DNA of 52,371 nt from a virus (taxonomy: Duplodnaviria; Caudoviricetes), in IMG/VR virus record IMGVR_UViG_3300033402_000479, positions 1 through 52,371 of that record; one strand, 5' to 3'. Under the pieces are notes generated by a model. The model searched no databases. It worked only from the letters and a program-made list of their open reading frames with translations, and had not been told where the DNA came from. Shown here one piece after another: positions 43,426-52,057 of this stretch. Position numbers and translations under genes: made by a program. Every line of letters begins with the position of its first letter. The first letter of the stretch is position 1.

Positions 43426-44793
43426 TTACAGCTTCTTCGCGTCCTCGCGTTCTAACCTCAACTCGAAATAGAGCTGGAGTTTTTCGGCTTTGGATGCCTT
43501 CTCGATCCAAGCGCGGAGGCCGCCTTTGAAACTGTTTCCCATTCCGCCCCAGCCGTTCTTTTCCTTTCTCGATTTGATGCCGAGGCGCTTTGCGACGGGG
43601 ACGAGAGAAGTGAAGCGGTGCTTGCTAAGGGCGTCTTCGAGCAACACGCCGAGTGCGTCCTCGGAAAGCGGCCACGCAACCTTGGCCTTGATTATCGCGA
43701 CGAAATCGGCATATGCTTTGTCATCCCTGGCGCGTTGCCGCGCGAGTTCCTTCTTCCGTTTCTCCCGCTCCTTCGGCGACATGGCATAGCCGCTGTTGCT
43801 GTGGTTGGCGTGGTGCTTTTTGCAGTCATCGTCGCGGCATAGCCAGATGGTCGTCCCGATGTCCGGTCCCTCAACCACGATGCCCTGTTCGGCGAACTCG
43901 CAGTGGTCCTTCTTCTTCGTGCCGAGGCCCGTGTAACTGCTCCGGCCGATGGCTCCCTTCATCTCGGGCGTGCCGTAACCCTTGCTAACCATGACCAGGT
44001 TCTCGTCCCCGTCGAGGCGCCACTTGAGATACGCGGCCATCTTGTTCCCCCAGCACCGCAGGTCGGTGCATTGGCCCTCCTTCACCATCCCGAAAAGGGA
44101 GGGACGGTTCGGCGGACAGGACGTGCACGGGCCGACGAGCTTTGCGATTGCCGGGTCGGTCATCCACGGCTGATACGACAGCGGCCGATAGAACTTGTCG
44201 GTTATCCAGTTCTTGAGGGCTGCGATGTCCGGTGCCTCGCCCCATTCGCCGAGATATTTGAGCGCGGCTTTCTGCTCCTCGGGCGTGAGCTTTGCGATGA
44301 GAACCGCATGCCCCTCGGTGAAATCGCCGTTGCGATATTTCTTCGCCGCCGGCGGGATGAGGTTTGTCAGGAAGAGGCGGCCTCTCACGTAGGTCTCCGA
44401 CTTTCCGACCCGCAAGGCGACGTTCTTCACGTCGTAGCCCTTGTCCTCGATGAGCCTGCGGTACGCCTCGCCTTCCTCAAGCGGATGGATGTCGGCACGT
44501 TGAAGGTTCTCCACGATCTGCGCCTCGGCCGCCTCCTCGTCGGTCATCTCCTGCACCTGCGCCGGAATCGTCTCCAACTTCAACTCCTGCGCCGCCCGGA
44601 ACCGTCGGTTGCCCGCCACGATTTCGAAATCTTTCCCCACCTTCTTGCGCGGCCTCACGAGCACCGCAGTCAGCACGCCCTTTTCCCTGATGCTCGCCAC
44701 CAGCTCGTCGAACTCCTTGCCTTCGAAATCTTTCCCCCGAGGATTGGTCTCCGACTCGTAGCACGCCGACACCTTCACTTCTTGCAATTGCAT
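43426..44793 (-). CDS. parB: ParB/RepB/Spo0J-family protein (long, plasmid type)
   Basis: NPR, ELVASI..GVL..VRP, IVAGNRRFRA, ENLQRADIHPLEE, HTH. Confidence 0.9.
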   Translation of the reverse strand: MQLQEVKVSACYESETNPRGKDFEGKEFDELVASIREKGVLTAVLVRPRKKVGKDFEIVAGNRRFRAAQELKLETIPAQVQEMTDEEAAEAQIVENLQRADIHPLEEGEAYRRLIEDKGYDVKNVALRVGKSETYVRGRLFLTNLIPPAAKKYRNGDFTEGHAVLIAKLTPEEQKAALKYLGEWGEAPDIAALKNWITDKFYRPLSYQPWMTDPAIAKLVGPCTSCPPNRPSLFGMVKEGQCTDLRCWGNKMAAYLKWRLDGDENLVMVSKGYGTPEMKGAIGRSSYTGLGTKKKDHCEFAEQGIVVEGPDIGTTIWLCRDDDCKKHHANHSNSGYAMSPKEREKRKKELARQRARDDKAYADFVAIIKAKVAWPLSEDALGVLLEDALSKHRFTSLVPVAKRLGIKSRKEKNGWGGMGNSFKGGLRAWIEKASKAEKLQLYFELRLEREDAKKL

Positions 44794-44826
44794 GTAAATG
44801 GTGATGATTTAGTTTGTTTGACCGTC

Positions 44827-45108
44827 CTATGCCGCCTTCCGTCTCGGCCTGTAGTACATGCCCGCCGTCCCCGCCTTCTGCCGGCATCTGAACCTCGTGC
44901 AGTACTTCGGATATTTCGTCTTTCCCCCGCAGTTCACGCAACGGTTCACCTGCCTGTTTTCGAGCCACGTTTTGAGCGCCTGAACGTCCCTGAAGATGTG
45001 ACGCTTTCGGTCGTCACCCTCCGATTCGTCGAAGTGTCTCTCCTCGTCGTCGTGCATGTATTCGACGATTCGCCTGACGCTTTCGACAATCTGTTTGTCA
45101 GCTATCAT
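44827..45108 (-). CDS. Hypothetical protein with C-terminal Zn finger
   Basis: CVNC..YC..C. Confidence 0.6.
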   Translation of the reverse strand: MIADKQIVESVRRIVEYMHDDEERHFDESEGDDRKRHIFRDVQALKTWLENRQVNRCVNCGGKTKYPKYCTRFRCRQKAGTAGMYYRPRRKAA

Positions 45109-45167
45109 TCGAGTTAGTAAGTTGGTTTTGACCTTTTAATGATTGTTTCATAACCACGGGAAGACGC

Positions 45168-45200
45168 AAGCCCCCGATATCCACAAGCTACCGGGGGCTT
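45168..45200. terminator. Hairpin terminator
   Basis: AAGCCCCCG/CGGGGGCTT 9-bp stem just past the 45208 stop. Confidence 0.5.
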
Positions 45201-45207
45201 TTGCGAA

Positions 45208-45474
45208 TCAGTATTCGTCGGGAAGCAGAAGCGTCGTCGCTGAGCGGTCCGCTTCGGTGATGACCCAAACCTTGACCCCGGATGACGATTGGTAGGCCGA
45301 CAGCAACCGTTCGCCTTCCGTCAATGCCCGGTCGTTGCTCTCCTTGTCCTCGTCGGGAACCGTTCCCCAGTCACCATGTGCGTGGCGGGTCAGCATGACA
45401 TGCACGTCGTCCGGCGACATGGCCGCTTGCGCGCCCGGCGTCACCAGCACCTGGCCGAGTTCGAAGTATTCCAT
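45208..45474 (-). CDS. Conserved plasmid/ICE-associated protein (RHxxGDWG...TTxLLPDEY family)
   Basis: LGQVLVTPGA, RHAHGDWG, RLLSAY, VWVITEADRSATTLLLPDEY. Confidence 0.85.
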   Translation of the reverse strand: MEYFELGQVLVTPGAQAAMSPDDVHVMLTRHAHGDWGTVPDEDKESNDRALTEGERLLSAYQSSSGVKVWVITEADRSATTLLLPDEY

Positions 45475-45896
45475 CGGGTTTTTTGTTTGACCTTTTTCGA
45501 CCTTTGCGCCGTTTCGATTCACGGCATGGAGGGAATACGGGGAAGGTTTCCCCGCGGTCAAGGTGGAACCGTCCGTAGCGTTGCCGCTCGCGCCGGCAGG
45601 CGCGGCGGCGAAGAGTCGAACGACCTTGACGGCGTGGGAAAGGGTTCCCCGTACCATTGACGCCTCCGCGTGAATCGAAACGCGCGCAATACCCCCTGTT
45701 TTAAACATTGTGGAAAGGCGGTGGTGAATCGGTCTACGTTTGTGCAAAAGTCAGGACAAACCATTGAAACATTAGGGGCTTCGAACGTTTCCACAACTGG
45801 ATGCTCGGGGAATGATTTATCCTGAGCCTATCTCCCTAAAAACAAATGGCTTATTTTTTCTGTAATCGCGCACTCGGATCGGCTACAGTGAAGGCG

Positions 45897-46031
45897 ATGA
45901 AACCGAATGGCCGCCGCGCCGAAAACGCGGAGATATTCCATAAGATACGGTTCTACGCCGTCGAGGTCTCCGCGACCGCAGCGTTCCTTGTGTGGCTGGC
46001 GAGGGCGCTTTGGCACGAGCTGGGCCTGTGA
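45897..46031 (+). CDS. 44-aa TM peptide, probably leaderless
   Basis: TACAGT 7 nt before the ATG; hydrophobic C-terminus. Confidence 0.5.
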   Translation: MKPNGRRAENAEIFHKIRFYAVEVSATAAFLVWLARALWHELGL

Positions 46032-46117
46032 TACCGACGAAGAGGCGCGCGGCGCAGTGCCTGTGGCGGAAGGTCGAGTCGGCGAGACCGAACCGCGAAG
46101 GCCGCGCCGCGCGCCAC

Positions 46118-47362
46118 CTATGAGAGGTCTTTCAGCACCTTCGCCGCAACGTCCTTCTTCCAGTTCGAATAGCGCATGAGGGACTGCTTCACCAGCTCCT
46201 CCTTCGCCATCTCGTCGCCCTGGCGTTTGAGCGGAGGGTGGCATCTGACCCTCTCCACGACGGGTTCGTTGTGGGCGTCGAACGTCCGCGCCCAGAATTC
46301 GTAGCGGGGGAGCGCGGTGATGTGTTCGGGCAGGAGCGCCTGACCCTTGAAGTTGACGTAGCGCCAGCTGTCCGCTATCGCCTTGGCGTCCTCGCCGGAG
46401 ACGTTGTAGGCGATCTGCGTGGGGCAATTCGAAAAGAGGTCCTTGGCGAACGGGAGCTGGTACATCCCCTGCGTGGCGTTCACCGTCGAGATGCCGTACT
46501 TCCTGCCCTCGGCGAGCAGGGAGGCGAACCGGCCGCCGTGGATGCCGTTCTGCACCTCGTCGAAGACGCAGAGGAAATGGGGACGCTCCTTCTGCTTCTC
46601 CCGCCTCAGGGCCGCTATCGAAACCATGGAGACGACGAACGAATAGAGAAGCTGGGCCACCTCCTCGCCCAATCTCCCTTTCGAGAAGCGGCACACGAGA
46701 ACCTTGCTCGTGTTCATGATGTCGAGGAAGTCGAGCGAGGTCTCCTGACCGATGACGGGCATGATGTTGGGCCGCAAAAACTTCGCGAACTTGTTTATGG
46801 CCGGGCTGAACTTGCTCATCTGCTCCGAATCCCTGAGTTTCTCGTCGTACTGTTTTTGGAAAAAACGAAGCAACGGGTCCTTCGATGCGTCGAGCACCTT
46901 CGTGCGGAATCCGTCGTCCACCATGAAGCGGAAAACGTGCACGGGGGTCGGATGCTCGAACCGTTTGCACACGGCGTCGATGGCGTTCACCGTGACCCGT
47001 GCCGACTCGTCGCCCCACGCGGAACCCGCGAGCGATTTGACCGTGCTGAAAAGCGTCTCCTTCCCCATCTCCAGCTCCTTGGCGTTTTTGAAGTAGAGGG
47101 GATTGAGCGGCGGGACGCTGGAACGGTCAGGGTCGAACCAGATGAAGTCCTGGACCCGTGTTTTCGGAAAATGGCTGGCTATGTAGTCAGCGGCGTCGCC
47201 GTGCGGGTCGATGAAAAGTCCGCCGCCGCCGGAACGAACCCATCCCAAAAACAGGTTTTGGAGAAGGGATGTCTTGCCCATGCCGCTCATCCCCTCGACG
47301 TTGGTGTGTTTGGTCAGGTCGATTGAGAAGTCGCCTTTGGAGGTGGTGCCGATGGATGTCAT
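46118..47362 (-). CDS. VirD4/TraD-like type IV coupling ATPase (soluble)
   Basis: H..V.GMSGMGKT Walker A, IDPHGD, FDEVQN Walker B, EGRKYG..ATQ. Confidence 0.88.
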   Translation of the reverse strand: MTSIGTTSKGDFSIDLTKHTNVEGMSGMGKTSLLQNLFLGWVRSGGGGLFIDPHGDAADYIASHFPKTRVQDFIWFDPDRSSVPPLNPLYFKNAKELEMGKETLFSTVKSLAGSAWGDESARVTVNAIDAVCKRFEHPTPVHVFRFMVDDGFRTKVLDASKDPLLRFFQKQYDEKLRDSEQMSKFSPAINKFAKFLRPNIMPVIGQETSLDFLDIMNTSKVLVCRFSKGRLGEEVAQLLYSFVVSMVSIAALRREKQKERPHFLCVFDEVQNGIHGGRFASLLAEGRKYGISTVNATQGMYQLPFAKDLFSNCPTQIAYNVSGEDAKAIADSWRYVNFKGQALLPEHITALPRYEFWARTFDAHNEPVVERVRCHPPLKRQGDEMAKEELVKQSLMRYSNWKKDVAAKVLKDLS

Positions 47363-47550
47363 GCTCTGGGGGCGACGGCTGGCTCGGATTTGTTTGCCTC
47401 AATCCTTTTGGTGAGTCAGCCGCCATTCTCAAAGTACGAACCGCCGCCCCCGCCCCCACCTGGGCGCAGGACATGCGCTGGAAGGGTGAGGGCGGACGGC
47501 AAATGCGGATCTAAGTCCGCCCCTCAACTCGTAAGCTGAGATTGCCTTAA

Positions 47551-48414
47551 TTATGGACTGGCTTCGGAAAAAGAGTAGGTGTGGACATCGTAGTCCTTCG
47601 GGCACCAGAAGATTGCGCCGCCCGGATTGTGCTTGACGCTCTCCATGTCCGTCGTCCAAAGCCATCGGTAGGGATAGTCCTTTTCGATTCGGTTCAAAAA
47701 GTTCCTGACGTGGTTCTGTTCGGTGAAGACGAAGATGACCTTGGCGTCCTTCCGGTTTTTGAGCAGGGCATTATACCGCTTCACCTTCACGTCCAAATCG
47801 GTCTCGCCGTTCCTGCTCGATGGGGTGGAGTGCTGGTATTCGAGGAAGTAGTTGATGCCCTCGATATTGAACCGGGCGTCGGGATAGAAGCCGACGCTCT
47901 GGCCGTCCACCTCCGCCGTCTGCCTCATGTCCTCCCGTTTCTGGAGCCAATGGAACAGGTCGAACTTGGAATGGAGCGCGAGATGGATGAGCGTGAGTCC
48001 CCGGTCGTGGTCAACGATGTTCTTTGACTTCTCCTTCCACGCGACCACGGGCAACGTGTATTTCACCGCCTCGGTCTCCCCTTTCGGCGTGAGATACCAG
48101 AACCATGGAGTAGCAATCGTCCGTCCGCCGAGCTTGGCGATTCTGTTGACATGCTTGCATTGCTCGCATTCGACTTCCTCGAAGTAAGTCAAGGATTCGT
48201 TCGTTCCTTGGATGCGGTCGAGATATCCTGCCGCCAAAAACTGCCGGAGCCGCTTCCTGACCTGCACCACGGGGCGCGAAGTCAGCTTCGCCAATTCCTC
48301 GGCTGCGATGAGCGGGAAGGTGCCGACCAAAACGAAGATGGCGGCGTCAGTGTTGCGGCGATAGAGGCCGCGGCTTGCGCGGTCCTTTTCGGCGGTCTGG
48401 GGCTGGGGGTTCAT
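47551..48414 (-). CDS. Replication-relaxation (Replic_Relax) family protein
   Basis: N-terminal wHTH, DHD..L, YPDARF, YFLEY, K.KRY. Confidence 0.78.
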   Translation of the reverse strand: MNPQPQTAEKDRASRGLYRRNTDAAIFVLVGTFPLIAAEELAKLTSRPVVQVRKRLRQFLAAGYLDRIQGTNESLTYFEEVECEQCKHVNRIAKLGGRTIATPWFWYLTPKGETEAVKYTLPVVAWKEKSKNIVDHDRGLTLIHLALHSKFDLFHWLQKREDMRQTAEVDGQSVGFYPDARFNIEGINYFLEYQHSTPSSRNGETDLDVKVKRYNALLKNRKDAKVIFVFTEQNHVRNFLNRIEKDYPYRWLWTTDMESVKHNPGGAIFWCPKDYDVHTYSFSEASP

Positions 48415-49792
48415 GGTCGTCTCCGTTGAATTTCGGGCGGGATTCGTTCTCCAGGCGGTCGGCTTCGGCGCCGGAAACGGGTCGGGGCTGGGCTCTCTCG
48501 AATTCTACAATCTGCCTGTCGTTTGGCAAGAAGTGCCTTATGCAGGGGACGGTCCGCTTTTGCGTGCCAGTGGGGAGCTTCACGTGGTAGATTCCCCGAG
48601 GCGTGGCCAGACGCTCCGCCGCCATGGAGGTCTTTTCTTCGAGCGAATATTCGGCCCTTCCCGTCACCATGTTCCGGCGTCCGGGCTCGAAACGGAATCC
48701 GGTGAGGACGCTCTCGCCGTCGGGATACTGGGTGACGTTCTCGAAGGGCTGAAGCACCTGCTCGTAGCCGTAGTAGGTCTCCTTGATTTTCCGGGCGTTC
48801 AGATCGGCGGCGAAAAGCTCCGGCGTCTGGCGGCGGCGGTCCCAATATCCCTGTCCGCCGAATGTGATTCGGATTCCGCAGTTCGTGTCGAGCGAGGCGC
48901 GGATTCGCTCGTCCTGGAACTGGGATTCCGAGTGGCAGATGAGCGAGAAGCGGAGGCCTTTCGCACGCCCGGTGTCGAGCAATCGCACCGCGTCGAAGCT
49001 CAAATAATGTTCGCACTCGTCGAGGTCGATGAAGAACCGCCCCTCGGCCCGCAGAAGCTCCGACACGAGGAGCGACGCGAAGACCGAGATGGCGTCCCAC
49101 GAGAGGTTGGAATTGGGCGTCAGGTCCACGGCGACGACGCTCCCGGCCTTCACCTCCGCCGGGATGTCGATGGCGTCCGGCAGGGAGGTGAAGCGGCGGA
49201 GCGCGAGCGAATTCACGAACTCGTTCAGGCGGTTCCATGTGGACCCTACCCTGTTGTTCCATTCGGCAAACCGGGTCATCGCGATGATTTGGGAAATCTG
49301 GCGCTTCACCTGGTCGCTCTTGGCCATCGTGAACGCCTTCCGCTGAAGCTCCGTCGCGCCGAACGCGAGCCATTCGACAGCCCGCTGAACCGGCTCTCCC
49401 GTCTCCGCGCACCAGCGGACGACGCCACCCGCCACGATTGCGTAGGACTGCATCTCGGCCAGATTCTTCACGCCCCACGCTCCGGCGATGGCGTTCGCGA
49501 TGCGGCTCGAATGCGCGCCGATCTCCTCGCCCTGCAGGTTTGAAATCCAGTTGCACGCGGTGACGTTTTCGGGGTCGGAAAGGTTTATGCCGATGACCCG
49601 CTTCCGGGGGTTCATGTAGCGGAGATAATCCCAGTGCCGCCCGAAGACCCCTTTGCCGGACATGATTGACAGGTAACCGTCGTTGCCCTTCAGGCGGTTG
49701 CGGCGGCACGCCTCCGACCATGAGCTTTTGCCCATGCCGGTCGCGCCGGTCGCGATGAGATGCGTTGCGAATCCGTACCAGCTTCTGAACAT
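48347..49792 (-). CDS. Second VirD4/TraD/HerA-like ATPase
   Basis: HLIATGATGMGKS Walker A, FIDLDECE Walker B, GRAKGL; GGAGG SD before ATG 49792. Confidence 0.8.
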   Translation of the reverse strand: MFRSWYGFATHLIATGATGMGKSSWSEACRRNRLKGNDGYLSIMSGKGVFGRHWDYLRYMNPRKRVIGINLSDPENVTACNWISNLQGEEIGAHSSRIANAIAGAWGVKNLAEMQSYAIVAGGVVRWCAETGEPVQRAVEWLAFGATELQRKAFTMAKSDQVKRQISQIIAMTRFAEWNNRVGSTWNRLNEFVNSLALRRFTSLPDAIDIPAEVKAGSVVAVDLTPNSNLSWDAISVFASLLVSELLRAEGRFFIDLDECEHYLSFDAVRLLDTGRAKGLRFSLICHSESQFQDERIRASLDTNCGIRITFGGQGYWDRRRQTPELFAADLNARKIKETYYGYEQVLQPFENVTQYPDGESVLTGFRFEPGRRNMVTGRAEYSLEEKTSMAAERLATPRGIYHVKLPTGTQKRTVPCIRHFLPNDRQIVEFERAQPRPVSGAEADRLENESRPKFNGDDHEPPAPDRRKGPRKPRPLSPQH

Positions 49793-49829
49793 AAGTGCCT
49801 CCAAAGATTTCACAGGTTGTCATGTGATA

Positions 49830-50076
49830 ACCATTTCAACCGTCCGGTTAAAATGGTCGAACCGGTCACCGCCAGCGATAGCCGCCCAGCCGATAGGCGG
49901 TGAGAATCGGGTATCCCGAATCGTCGGCGATAGGCGCGATAGAGATGAGGGATACCCGACTCTCAGGGCAAAAGTGGCGGAAGTCGTAAACCCAATCGGA
50001 ACAAGTCATATGCGGGCTACCGCAGATTTGCATTTCGGCGTTTCGGCGGTAGCCGCGCGATTCGATTTGACGATAG
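49830..50076. repeat. Cluster of inverted repeats with 5x CGATAG (candidate oriT/ssDNA origin)
   Basis: IRs at 49830-49857, 49866/49903, 49901-49917/49949-49965 (16/17), 50015-50023/50046-50054. Confidence 0.6.
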
Positions 50077-50080
50077 GATT

Positions 50081-50434
50081 TCACGAGTCGAACCCGCGGA
50101 AGTCGTCACCCTTGATGGCGAACCTGACCTCCTGCTCGATGGCGTCCTTCAGGTCTTGGCCGTAGGTCGGGTCTTTGTACAGTCCGGCGTATTTGTCGGA
50201 CTTTCCCCGCGCGACCCTGAACGCCTGCACCTTCCCCTCGATTCTCGCGGCGACCTTGTCCGCGAGCGTGGGTTTCCTCGGGCGGTGCGGTGGAGGCGGC
50301 GGTGGAGGCGGAGGGGGTTCGGGTGCGGGAACGGGTGCGGGCTTCGCCATCTCCGCGAGGAGCGCCGTGTCGTCCCGGATGCTCTTCCCGAGCAGGCCGA
50401 TGCCGGCGACGAAGATGAGAAGGAACGGAATCAC
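50081..50434 (-). CDS. N-terminal TM, Pro-rich protein
   Basis: MIPFLLIFVAGIGLLG, poly-Pro linker; GGAGG SD. Confidence 0.7.
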   Translation of the reverse strand: MIPFLLIFVAGIGLLGKSIRDDTALLAEMAKPAPVPAPEPPPPPPPPPPHRPRKPTLADKVAARIEGKVQAFRVARGKSDKYAGLYKDPTYGQDLKDAIEQEVRFAIKGDDFRGFDS

Positions 50435-50673
50435 CTTCGGCCTCCGTTCGTGAACGCCGCGAAGACCTGAAGAACCAGCGACTCGGGGACGAGCCAGATG
50501 GTGTAGCTCCGCCTTTGGGGGTTGGGTTTGGTTATCTTGATGACGCCGGGCAACGACATGAACATGCGGCGCACGCTGTCGTAGCTGATGGGATATCTCC
50601 GCGCGATCTGGCGGAGACGGAGGTATTTGACCGGCGATTGAAGGACCGGTTGCGTTTGCGTGGGGAAGGACAT
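50431..50673 (-). CDS. Excisionase-like HTH protein
   Basis: QIARRY.IS.DSVRRMF..PGV..RRSY..VPES; next to the integrase. Confidence 0.7.
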   Translation of the reverse strand: MSFPTQTQPVLQSPVKYLRLRQIARRYPISYDSVRRMFMSLPGVIKITKPNPQRRSYTIWLVPESLVLQVFAAFTNGGRR

Positions 50674-50989
50674 CGCTGTCTCCCCCTGCTTTTTCTGCCC
50701 GGCACGCGCAGGTCGTCGCACCGCAGGTTTCAGAGGCTAGTCTACCTGCCTAGGACGAAGCGTGAGCGGCTCCCGTCTGATGAGATCCGAAATCTGCCCT
50801 TCCTTCTCCCAAGCGATGCCAAACCAAAACCTAAATCGAAAAGCTCAAACGGCGGGTGTCGGGCCCGCAAAAACATTAGGAGAGTACCGAACCGAAGCTC
50901 CTATGGTCTCCGGTTTCCGTCTATGCTCCGACTTTAACAGATTCGGAGAATCGGATGCAATGGGCGGATTACGGGAACATTTGCAGGAT

Positions 50990-52057
50990 TTATTTGACCC
51001 GTACGAGCTTCGGTTCCCACGTCTTTTCCATGAATGCGTCAAGGCGCTGTTGCCTTGCTGGAATCCACTGGGAATAGTGCTTCACGACGATGGCGGGACT
51101 GTTCCCCAAGACGGCCGCCACGTCCTCAACGCTCGCGCCCTTCATCAGGAGGTCGGCCGCCAGAGTGTGCCGGAACCGGTGCGGATGGTCGGGCGAGACC
51201 CCCGCGGCTTTGCACATCCGCTTGATGGTGCGGCGCCAGAGTTCGGTCAACGTGTGGACGTTCAGGGATTCGCCCCGGAGGAAGAAATACCCGCCGTGGG
51301 GCGGGAGTTTCTTGAGGAGCGAAACCAGTGTCTCGGGAATCAGGATTGAGACCGGCGTTCCCGCCTTAGTCGTGCGGAGATGGATTCGATTTTCGCCGAA
51401 AGAACCTGTGCGCAACACGACAACGTCTCCAATTCGGAGTCCAGTGTGTCGTAGGACAAGGACGAAGGCTAGCTCTCGGTCCGTCTTCGCCTGGGCGATG
51501 ATTTTCTGGACTTCTTTTTCATCGAAGGGGAGTCGGGGAAGGGTCTTTACCTGCGGCGCTTTGATGCCTTGCGCGGGGCTCTTTTGGAGCCAGCCGTTCG
51601 AGACGCAGAAGTTGAAGAACGCGCGGATGCGTTCGAGCTCCTTGGCGGCGGTGCGAGGAGCAAGTGTACGCAGCTCCCGAAATGCTCTAACTTCATCAGC
51701 CGCCAATCCGGCAAGCAGAGCGATATTACGCTGTCGAGCGAACTCGGAAATTCTGCTTCGTAGCAGTCTGTATTTGCGTAGCGTCGAAGGATGAAGGTTG
51801 CGGGCAGCGCAGTCGGCGACGAACGCGTCGAGCGCCTTTTGGACGGTGATGATTTTCGGTTGTGGTTGGTCCTGTTTTCCATCTTCGATGTCGCGTTTTA
51901 TCTTCTCGGCGGCCTCCCAGCTCCGGGTCTTCGCGGACTTCCGGTAGGGTTCTCCGAACAGGGTTCCCGTGAGCCACAGGTTGCACCGGCACTTCTTCGA
52001 CGAGCGGTCGGCGGCGAATTTGCAGTTTGCTTTGTGCCGGCGGTAGATCGTGAGCAC
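50990..52057 (-). CDS. int: Tyrosine integrase
   Basis: TGLRIGD, TTKAG, HPHRFRHT, LGNS, KHY; GTG start with GGAGG SD. Confidence 0.95.
   Translation of the reverse strand: MLTIYRRHKANCKFAADRSSKKCRCNLWLTGTLFGEPYRKSAKTRSWEAAEKIKRDIEDGKQDQPQPKIITVQKALDAFVADCAARNLHPSTLRKYRLLRSRISEFARQRNIALLAGLAADEVRAFRELRTLAPRTAAKELERIRAFFNFCVSNGWLQKSPAQGIKAPQVKTLPRLPFDEKEVQKIIAQAKTDRELAFVLVLRHTGLRIGDVVVLRTGSFGENRIHLRTTKAGTPVSILIPETLVSLLKKLPPHGGYFFLRGESLNVHTLTELWRRTIKRMCKAAGVSPDHPHRFRHTLAADLLMKGASVEDVAAVLGNSPAIVVKHYSQWIPARQQRLDAFMEKTWEPKLVRVK

Noticed and set aside
46118-49792. Complete conjugative T4SS / self-transmissible ICE
   Set aside because: No VirB4, VirB6, VirB8 or pilin-like genes recognised
48411-49823. 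470-aa overlapping minus-strand ORF
   Set aside because: Out-of-frame shadow of the ATPase, which has Walker motifs and an SD
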